Positions 1 through 7,636 of a DNA stretch of 50,562 nucleotides are shown here, piece after piece. Numbering within the stretch: position 1 is the first letter of the stretch; every line of letters starts with the position of its first letter. The translations under genes and the position numbers were made by a program. Under the pieces are notes generated by a model. The model saw only the letters and a program-made list of their open reading frames with translations, made no database searches and was not told the origin of the DNA. The stretch comes from an uncultured archaeon (lineage in GTDB: Archaea > Iainarchaeota > Iainarchaeia > Iainarchaeales > VGJJ01): the NCBI GenBank assembly GCA_964358055.1, contig CAYHNT010000005.1, positions 1 through 50,562 of the forward strand, written 5' to 3'.

Positions 1-108
1 AGGAAAGAAAATACTTGGACAATAACTTAGTGAACTTTGCCAGCTCGTTTATAGTTGGATTGTTTTTCGCACTGGTGTTTTAACCCATTACAATTTCAAA
101 TTCAGATA

Positions 109-849
109 TTAGGAAACGTTTTTCCGTTCTCTTTCAAGCTCTTTAATTAGTAGATCAATTTCAGCTTTTTCTTTTGTGGAAAAGAAGTGTTTCCACTTTT
201 GTAGTGATTTTCTATCAATTTTTCGTTGCCCGCGTGTTCCGCCCCATTCGGAAGTATGAGTCGTGTGGTGTGATAACACGGCAGGATTCCACTCCGCTCC
301 AATAAAACGAAGTATCTTTTTTACCTCCTTCTTTGGATTCGTCACAAGCTTTTCATAATGGACAGGCAAAACCGGAAGACTCATTTGTCTAAATTCATGA
401 ATAAAATATTGTTTGACATATGCACAAAGCGCAGCAAGTAAAACCCATCTTTTTTCTTTCTTGAACTGGTTATACTTCTTTCTAAAATACTTTCGAAGCG
501 CTTTCACGTGTACGAGCCTAATTGTTCTACTCAGGTCACGTTCTCCCCATCGTTCTATCCAGGTTTTCTTTCCAAACTTTAGTTTTAGCATGGAGCAAGT
601 AACGCTTTTGATATCACGTTTCAAAAAAATAAACTTTGCACGTGGGAATGTATGATGAAGCCAACGGTACCTTCGCGTCCAAATAGGAATCTTAAAACCT
701 ACAATTTTATTTCCATCCACTTTTCTTTTTTTTATGCGTTTGTATGCTATATCTTCCTCATATACTACAATTTTTGGATGAGAGTCTAAAATTAATCGCG
801 TAAGCGTAGTTCCGCTTCGCTGGCTCCCAACAATAAAAAACAATTTCAC
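109..849 (-). CDS. Sulfotransferase family protein (Sulfotransfer_3-like)
   Basis: 5'-PSB motif FIVGSQRSGTTL, 3'-PB-like FIFLKRD...S and YEKLVTNP. Start moved to the GTG at 849. Confidence 0.88.
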   Translation of the reverse strand: MKLFFIVGSQRSGTTLTRLILDSHPKIVVYEEDIAYKRIKKRKVDGNKIVGFKIPIWTRRYRWLHHTFPRAKFIFLKRDIKSVTCSMLKLKFGKKTWIERWGERDLSRTIRLVHVKALRKYFRKKYNQFKKEKRWVLLAALCAYVKQYFIHEFRQMSLPVLPVHYEKLVTNPKKEVKKILRFIGAEWNPAVLSHHTTHTSEWGGTRGQRKIDRKSLQKWKHFFSTKEKAEIDLLIKELERERKNVS

Positions 850-917
850 GAGGTAGGTAAGAAAAAAGCAGAATAAAAACAAGTAAGATTACTTATCAGA
901 ACCCAACGGGGTGAAAA

Positions 918-1970
918 CTATTTCGCTTCAATCGAAGTATTCGATTCGGCTTTCTGATTGAGACTGGATACGATTCCTTCCCCAATTGATGCACCTGCCC
1001 CAAACAATAACTCTCTGAGCGTGACTTCGCGCTCGAAGAACAATTGAATGGTGGGCGTTCCCTTAATTCCGCCCAACTCAGCGGCCTTTTTGATTGCAAA
1101 CGCACGGGTTCCTGTTTCGTCAATCAATCCAATGGCCTTTGCTTGTCTTCCCGACAAGATTCGCCCATCTAACACATCCTCGAAAAGAGTGGCATTGAGT
1201 TTTCCTTCCCTAAACGTCTTCACGTCATTGACAAATGAGGTAAATGCCTCTTCGATAATCGTCTGTAACACGGATCTTTCTTCTTCCGTGAACTCATTGT
1301 AGGGTGAACCAATGTCTTTCAGTTCCCCTGTTTTGATCGTTTCCATTCGTACGCCAATTTTCTCTAAAAGTTCAGTAAGGTTAGGTTGAATTGAAATCAC
1401 GCCAATGCTTCCCGTGATGGAATCCTCATCGGCCATCACGTAATCGGTTGCGGACGCAATGTAATATCCTCCACTTGCTCCCGCCTCTCCAATCCAACTC
1501 ACTATCGGCTTCTCTACTTCTATTATTTTGGAAACGATTTGCTTACTTGCTACAACGCTTCCACCGGGCGAATCAATGTCGAGAAAAATCACACTAATGG
1601 ATGAGTCGTTATCGGCTGCTTCGAGGGCGTTGATGACATCCTGATACCCGATGGAGCTCGAACTAGTTAGTGAGGATATTTCCCCGTGAATAGGAATTAA
1701 TGCAATGTCCCCTCCACTCAATGAGAAAAAGTTACCGCGGCTCTCTCCGGTTGTGGAGGATGTAGTAGTGAAGCTGGCCACTAAGAATGCAACCACGTAA
1801 AATACAAGCAAAAAAGCAAGACCTAATACTAACCAATCGCGCACGCTTCGTCCGCGTGGGCGTTTAGGGATGGGTTGATCGTGATCTTCTTCACTCCACG
1901 GCGTTACACGTGGGTCGCTTTCCACGGCCTTATTCCAGTTGGCGGGTTTGGCACCCGTGCTTGTAGCCAT
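918..1970 (-). CDS. sppA: Signal peptide peptidase SppA (peptidase S49, 36K type)
   Basis: N-terminal TM anchor; DSPGGS, ASGGYYIA, TGSIGV, KTGELKD and DGRILSG motifs. Confidence 0.95.
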   Translation of the reverse strand: MATSTGAKPANWNKAVESDPRVTPWSEEDHDQPIPKRPRGRSVRDWLVLGLAFLLVFYVVAFLVASFTTTSSTTGESRGNFFSLSGGDIALIPIHGEISSLTSSSSIGYQDVINALEAADNDSSISVIFLDIDSPGGSVVASKQIVSKIIEVEKPIVSWIGEAGASGGYYIASATDYVMADEDSITGSIGVISIQPNLTELLEKIGVRMETIKTGELKDIGSPYNEFTEEERSVLQTIIEEAFTSFVNDVKTFREGKLNATLFEDVLDGRILSGRQAKAIGLIDETGTRAFAIKKAAELGGIKGTPTIQLFFEREVTLRELLFGAGASIGEGIVSSLNQKAESNTSIEAK

Positions 1971-2024
1971 CTAACTCATCATTCACCCATATTCCTTTTA
2001 ATGGGCGTGGCTTTTTCATGAATC

Positions 2025-2537
2025 ATGGATCCACTTTGGATTTACTTATTTTTTACGGCACTACCCTTGTATGTAGCCAATGCATCGGCCGTAGTTTCAG
2101 GTGGAAAAACCCCCCTTGACTTTCATCGCACGCTTGGAGATGGTGAACCTCTTTTTGGAAAAGGTAAAACATGGAAAGGAACATTTGTGGGGATTGCCAG
2201 CGGAACATTCATGGGGTGGATTGCCGCGCAGGCGTTTCCGGACATGGTCATTCTGGTGTCGGATAGCTATTTGGTGTATGCCTTTTTGCTTTCTGTAGGG
2301 GCCATACTGGGGGATATTATTGGGAGCTTCATCAAGAGACGAATGAAAATGAAACGAGGCGCCCCCGCGCATATATTGGACCAGCTTGATTTTGTGATTG
2401 GAGGAGTCCTATTGAGCATTGCCGTATCCAAACCCAATTGGACCGGACTCATTCTATTGGTGATGATTACCCCTTTCATGCATATGGCATTCAACCGCAT
2501 CGCCTATATGTTGCGAATCAAGAACGTGCCGTGGTGA
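2025..2537 (+). CDS. carS: CDP-archaeol synthase
   Basis: YVAN...PLDF, FGKGKTWKG, GDIIGSFIKRR, LDQLDF and C-terminal KNVPW. Confidence 0.93.
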   Translation: MDPLWIYLFFTALPLYVANASAVVSGGKTPLDFHRTLGDGEPLFGKGKTWKGTFVGIASGTFMGWIAAQAFPDMVILVSDSYLVYAFLLSVGAILGDIIGSFIKRRMKMKRGAPAHILDQLDFVIGGVLLSIAVSKPNWTGLILLVMITPFMHMAFNRIAYMLRIKNVPW

Positions 2538-2570
2538 AATGATTAAATACTCGAAATAGAAATGATACTC

Positions 2571-2819
2571 ATGCCGCAAGATAGAAGATGATCCAGTTGG
2601 CGTGGAACTCAGAAAAAAAGCGTGGGCTCAAAGCCGGTTCACGGAAAAAATGTCAGGTCCACCCCAAAGTCTATTGTGGAAAGACAGACCTCTCAAGAAG
2701 CACAGCGAATGGTGAATCATCTACGAACGCTCATACTACAATCAAATCCACACTTAACCCCGGTGATGGTGAACTTAATTATCGCACAGCAACTGGGCCT
2801 AATTAAAAAGAAGAAATAA
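2571..2819 (+). pseudogene. Small basic hypothetical ORF interrupted by an in-frame TGA (2589-2591)
   Basis: ATG 2571 follows a TATA-like TTAAATA (2543-2549) and is in frame with ORF 2622-2819. It reads MPQDRR*SSWRGTQKKSVGSKP... Confidence 0.4.
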
Positions 2820-2830
2820 ACTTGTTGCTC

Positions 2831-3349
2831 ATGTCCTTTTCATTTTGGAAAAAAAAACCTATTCAACGATTCCTTATTTGTTTCATTATCATTTTTGCAT
2901 CAGTAGAAACTCTCCTTTATTTTTTTCCTCCTCTCTTTTACCAAGAATGGCTAGCTGCATGGACCGCACAACAGTTATCCCTTCCATGGAATGGAATTTC
3001 CATTGATGTGAATGGTGTTGCTTTCCTGGTTACGAGTTTTTGCACCGGACTCACCACCTGGGGCCTATGGTTAGGCTTGTTGTGGGGATTTGCTTTTCCA
3101 AAGCGAGATGATAAAATAAGTTATTCCATTCTAGGATTAATTGGAATACTTATTATCAATTCTCTACGTATTTTATTGATCGTGTTCGTGGGAAAACAAT
3201 GGGGCGTTCCCGCAGCGGATGCCTTGCACACCCTCACGTGGTTTGTTCTCAGTGCGATCGTGTTTGGAACGTGGTATTACATCCTTTCTCTTCATGCACG
3301 TTCAATGAATAGGAAAAAGATAGCTGCACTCCTACTGAGTGAAAAGTAA
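2831..3349 (+). CDS. Archaeosortase/exosortase family membrane protein
   Basis: Multi-TM protein with Cys (VTSFCTGL), Arg (INSLRI) and His (ALH) in the order typical of the family. Confidence 0.8.
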   Translation: MSFSFWKKKPIQRFLICFIIIFASVETLLYFFPPLFYQEWLAAWTAQQLSLPWNGISIDVNGVAFLVTSFCTGLTTWGLWLGLLWGFAFPKRDDKISYSILGLIGILIINSLRILLIVFVGKQWGVPAADALHTLTWFVLSAIVFGTWYYILSLHARSMNRKKIAALLLSEK

Positions 3350-3350
3350 A

Positions 3351-5048
3351 TTACTTTGCTTCGTGATGCGTATGCGTCTCGTGCGTCTTAGGTGCGAGTA
3401 CGTGTTTGATGACTTCCTGGAATGCGGGGCGTGAAATCAACACACCCATGAGAATACCTGCAATGGTTGTGAGAGCAAATCCGCTTAATTTTCCTATCCC
3501 ACTACCCAACACTAACAAGGGTAAAATGGCTGCAATTCCTGTAGCAGCAGAGGCGGCCACAATGAAGAATGCACGCTTGGCCTTGGCTAACCATCCTTTC
3601 TCGTCGTATTCCTCTTCCTTTTCTCCTTGTAAAATTTCATCCGTCATAATCACTTCACTATCAACGCCGGTTCCCACTGCAGCCAATATTCCCGCCATGG
3701 ACGCCAAATCCAAATTCCATTTTACTATTGCGGCAAACCCTAAGATCATTAGCACTTCAGACAATCCTACGACCAACAAGGGCACCACCACTTTCCAGTG
3801 ACGATAACGAATGTACACGATTAATGCCACCACTAAGAGAGCGAGTATCCCCATGATCCACACATTCGTGAGGAATTGTTCTCCTAATGCAGGGGAAACG
3901 GTCTGCTTGTTGATGGCCACAATGGGGATGGGCAATGCACCGCTCTTCAATAGTATGCGCAAATCATCCAAGCGTTGTTTGGCAGTCGCCGCATCGGGTG
4001 CGGTTCCTTGAATCACCAAAAACTGCAAGGGCTTTATGTCCTCTACTTTTGCCACGAAGGGATCATTCCCCGTAATCCCAGGAGAGAGTGCAATAATGTC
4101 GCGCAATCCCGACACGGTAACAATCCAAGGAACGTCTGCATCCACACTTGCGTATGCAATGTCTAGCGTGGTGGCATCATCAATAGCTTGAACCGTGCTT
4201 GCGTCTAATGAAGTGGGAACAATCACTGTTTTCGTCCCCGCAGGAGGACTTGTAAGGAGTGCGAGGTCGGCGCTTGTCAAACCGTTCTGGTCTAATGCGA
4301 GAATCTGCAGGTCCGCATTGTCAAGTATGTCGTTGGTGGCAATGGACAATGGAAAATCAAGCGAGGTAGTGTCAAGCTTGGCCTCATCCATGGCTCGCAT
4401 CTCATTTGGATACACTACAATCGTGTTGTGCGGACGGTCAATGAAAAAATAGGTGAAGGCACAGTCCCAGTCCGCCTGGTTTTGAACAAAACCCGTTTGT
4501 TTGCACTGATGGAAGGAGGCTTTGGAGAACGCCTGCGCAGCCGCATCATTCAACAAAAAAGGAAGCGTCCATGCATACTCGTCTCCTATTCCGGTGGGGT
4601 GAGCCCCGTATCCCTGTTGGGCGCTCTCAACGACTTGCACAATCTGACTCCCATCAAACACCAGTTCGCCATTCAAAAAAGACTCGAAACGTCCTTGCTT
4701 GAGCAACAGGCTCTGCAAATTAGACACGGCTTCGGGGTCCGTCTCGGCCACCTGGGCAAGAATAATGGAACTTCCCGTGTTGGAAACCTCTGCACCCTTG
4801 AGTCCAGTTGGGTCGAGCCGCTTTCCCACAATCAATTTGATCTCACTCAACTGCTCCGCGTTGGCGGGCTCGGCTAACTGCAATTGAAACAATGTTCCAC
4901 CGGAAAATTCGCTTCCGAGTTTCAAATTATGATCAATCTTGAATCCATCCGTTGTGTCAATGCGCACAATGGCAAATAGACTGGCGAACATGATGAGTGC
5001 CCATGCGAGAACTTTCCAATTCTTCCACAACTTCTTGGGCTTACTCAT
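3351..5048 (-). CDS. secD: Protein translocase subunit SecD
   Basis: LKLGSEFSGGT, LKSGALP, VSPALGEQF and GTGVD motifs; six-TM layout; directly after secF. Start at MSKPKK (5048). Confidence 0.93.
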   Translation of the reverse strand: MSKPKKLWKNWKVLAWALIMFASLFAIVRIDTTDGFKIDHNLKLGSEFSGGTLFQLQLAEPANAEQLSEIKLIVGKRLDPTGLKGAEVSNTGSSIILAQVAETDPEAVSNLQSLLLKQGRFESFLNGELVFDGSQIVQVVESAQQGYGAHPTGIGDEYAWTLPFLLNDAAAQAFSKASFHQCKQTGFVQNQADWDCAFTYFFIDRPHNTIVVYPNEMRAMDEAKLDTTSLDFPLSIATNDILDNADLQILALDQNGLTSADLALLTSPPAGTKTVIVPTSLDASTVQAIDDATTLDIAYASVDADVPWIVTVSGLRDIIALSPGITGNDPFVAKVEDIKPLQFLVIQGTAPDAATAKQRLDDLRILLKSGALPIPIVAINKQTVSPALGEQFLTNVWIMGILALLVVALIVYIRYRHWKVVVPLLVVGLSEVLMILGFAAIVKWNLDLASMAGILAAVGTGVDSEVIMTDEILQGEKEEEYDEKGWLAKAKRAFFIVAASAATGIAAILPLLVLGSGIGKLSGFALTTIAGILMGVLISRPAFQEVIKHVLAPKTHETHTHHEAK

Positions 5049-5050
5049 AC

Positions 5051-6115
5051 TTATTTTCCCCCATCCGCGGACAAACTGCCGTGCTTCTTTTCCCAATACC
5101 ATAACAAAATGGGTGCATTCGTAAACCACGTAGCCACCACGTCACCTAACATTCCGAATAACACAATAGCGGCAATTTCAAACACAATGGTGATTTGGGC
5201 CAAATAAGAAACCACTAACATCACAATGGAAGCGCCAATCACCGTGGCCGTTACTGTAAGTCCCGTGAGCAATGTGTCGTTCGCTCGCGTCAACACATCC
5301 TTGTCTTTTCGCTTGAGTAATCGCGTGGTAAGCAAAATATCCGTGTCCACGGAGAAACCCACCAGCATCAACAGCGAAGCCACCGTGGAAAGAGTGAAAG
5401 AGAAACCAAACAATGTGGTGAGTGCCACAGCCGTCAGCATGTCAAACAATGCCGCCTCCACGATGGCAAGAGAGGGGACCCATTCTCTAAAGAAAACGAA
5501 AATAACCCCCACAAGCAACACAATGGACACTACCGCGACCTGCAAGGCATTCGCAAGGAATTCTTTTCCCACTGTTGGAGCAACTTCCTCGGTTGTAAAG
5601 GGAGTGTTTGCAGGTAAACTAAATTCCTGAATCAACGCAGTACGCACGCTTGAAGAAATACTCTGGCTTTCTTCATTGATTGCTTGCGCAGCCTGTGTGA
5701 TTAATTCATCCACCGTGTCGAAAGACGGGGTTCCTCCAACTAAACTAATGGCATTCTTCAATTGTGTTTTAGCTAGCTCAGGATTAGTTGTTTTGTTGGT
5801 AAGTGCACTCTCGAGTTCAGTGCGTGCATCCGAAATATTCTTGGGTTCGGCATACTCAATACGCGTACTGCTTCCAAGCGGAGAAACCACACGTGTAACG
5901 CGGACTTCAGGTAATCCTAATTGATTCGTGAGCAAATCTTGCGTCTCTTTTTCGGGCAACGCATCCGTATTCACGACCATGCGGGTGCCCCCTACAAAGT
6001 CCAATCCTAACGTGACCTTGGGGTGGATGAAAATGATGAACAAAAAGATGAAAGTAAGGACGACAGGCACGATCATGAGGCGCTTGTAGTTCGAATCGTA
6101 CAATCGGAAGCCCAT
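5051..6115 (-). CDS. secF: Protein translocase subunit SecF
   Basis: LGLDFVGGT, VAPTVGKEF, GFSVDTDILLTTR and TWFTNAPIL motifs. Confidence 0.94.
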   Translation of the reverse strand: MGFRLYDSNYKRLMIVPVVLTFIFLFIIFIHPKVTLGLDFVGGTRMVVNTDALPEKETQDLLTNQLGLPEVRVTRVVSPLGSSTRIEYAEPKNISDARTELESALTNKTTNPELAKTQLKNAISLVGGTPSFDTVDELITQAAQAINEESQSISSSVRTALIQEFSLPANTPFTTEEVAPTVGKEFLANALQVAVVSIVLLVGVIFVFFREWVPSLAIVEAALFDMLTAVALTTLFGFSFTLSTVASLLMLVGFSVDTDILLTTRLLKRKDKDVLTRANDTLLTGLTVTATVIGASIVMLVVSYLAQITIVFEIAAIVLFGMLGDVVATWFTNAPILLWYWEKKHGSLSADGGK

Positions 6116-6224
6116 AATGTTCGCTCAATAGGGTTTGGACGACAAAACCCTTATAATCAGCGGGCTATTGCCCGTTTTCTCCCTGCACGCCCTTAAAAAC
6201 GCGTCCACGCAGGTCATCTACGTT

Positions 6225-7244
6225 ATGCACTTCTATGCCATTGAGAAGCCCGAAAAGCTCATTGAGAGCGCCTTCACCCATGCCCGTAAACTAGGGCCCA
6301 TGAAAAGGGAACGAATGAGTGCTGTTCAGAATAGAAAGCAAAAAGTGACCCGAAAAATGGAAGGATTCTATGATTATTTAGACAAACAACTTGAACGCGC
6401 GGAAAAATCCGTGCCCCAGTTTGATACCCTTCATCCTTTCTATCAAGAATTGTTACCCGAAACACTGAACGTGGGAAAAATGAAACAAGCGGCTTCTCAC
6501 ATTGTAAGTGTACGAAAATTATTGAAACGACAAATTGTGGAAGGAAAACGATCCATGCACACGCCGGCTACGGATGCCATTGATCACATGCACAAGGCAA
6601 GCGCACGCTACTTCGGACGAAGCGCATCCATTGTAAAAAGTTTGAAACAAAGCATTGAAATGATTCATCATGCCAGTCAACTCGTGAAGGAAGTCCCGGA
6701 TGTCAAAACGGACGTTCCTACGCTCATTCTTGCCGGATTTCCCAACACGGGAAAAACAACCTTGCTTTCACGACTCACAGGAAGCAAAGCCAAGATTGCA
6801 TCGTATCCGTTTACTACGAAATCACTGCAACTCGGATACTTTACCATGCGCTATAGAGAAGTCCAAGTGATTGACACGCCGGGACTATTAGACCGCACGG
6901 ATGAGTTGCGAAACCCGATTGAAAAGAAAGCCATGGCCGCACTCAAGCATTTGGCCACATGTATTGTGTTCGTGGTCGATCCCACCCCTGCGGCAGGATT
7001 CACGCTTGACGAACAAAAATTGTTACTTTCACGCTTACAAAAGCAATTCTCCACCCCTTTTGTTTTAGTCATTAACAAATGTGACCTTGCTACGAAAGAA
7101 CAAATTGAAACGGCCCAAAAGGAATTTGGAATGGACGCCGTGCGCGACGGAGTGGGAATGGAATCCGGACTCAAGGATCATGTGTGGAGAGCGCTTGGGT
7201 TTAGCCGAGGAAAGGAACATTCAGAGGAGAAACCACACATTTAA
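6225..7244 (+). CDS. NOG1-family (OBG class) GTP-binding protein
   Basis: GFPNTGKT (G1), YPFTT (G2), DTPG (G3), NKCD (G4) and a helical N-domain. Start at ATG 6225. Confidence 0.92.
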   Translation: MHFYAIEKPEKLIESAFTHARKLGPMKRERMSAVQNRKQKVTRKMEGFYDYLDKQLERAEKSVPQFDTLHPFYQELLPETLNVGKMKQAASHIVSVRKLLKRQIVEGKRSMHTPATDAIDHMHKASARYFGRSASIVKSLKQSIEMIHHASQLVKEVPDVKTDVPTLILAGFPNTGKTTLLSRLTGSKAKIASYPFTTKSLQLGYFTMRYREVQVIDTPGLLDRTDELRNPIEKKAMAALKHLATCIVFVVDPTPAAGFTLDEQKLLLSRLQKQFSTPFVLVINKCDLATKEQIETAQKEFGMDAVRDGVGMESGLKDHVWRALGFSRGKEHSEEKPHI

Positions 7245-7346
7245 GAGTGGAGAAAACGTGAGTAGGACAGCGCGCTATGATTGCGCGCCATGCCTTGACA
7301 TTGGCGATAATCGGATTGAAAATAAAGTCAATCATAGGGGATTCCT

Positions 7347-7631
7347 ATGCCTAAAAAGAAAGTGGACATCCAAAAAGTAAAAAGCGACATTGAGGCCATT
7401 GCGGAGCTTATGGCAAATGTTACGGAAGACACCAGCGTGCCACGGAACATTCGCTCGGCTTTAGATGAGGCCAAAAAAACCATTTTGTCCGCAGTGGACG
7501 ACGTGGCATTGTCGCGCGCGATTTATTTATTGGATGACGTGAGCAACGACATCAATTTACCCGCTCATGCACGCACGGACTTGTGGACGATTATTTCCGA
7601 ACTCGAGACATTGAAAGAAAAGCTCGGGTAG
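7347..7631 (+). CDS. UPF0147 family protein
   Basis: DTSVPRNIR...LDDVSNDINLPAHARTDLW..ISELE signature. Confidence 0.9.
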   Translation: MPKKKVDIQKVKSDIEAIAELMANVTEDTSVPRNIRSALDEAKKTILSAVDDVALSRAIYLLDDVSNDINLPAHARTDLWTIISELETLKEKLG

Positions 7632-7636
7632 TTATC

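Noticed and set aside
3406-5924. Antisense and alternate-frame ORFs over secD/secF, and similar shadows across the window (for example 26296-26817, 41192-41749, 44319-44870)
   Set aside because: They are nested in well-supported genes and have no recognisable motifs.
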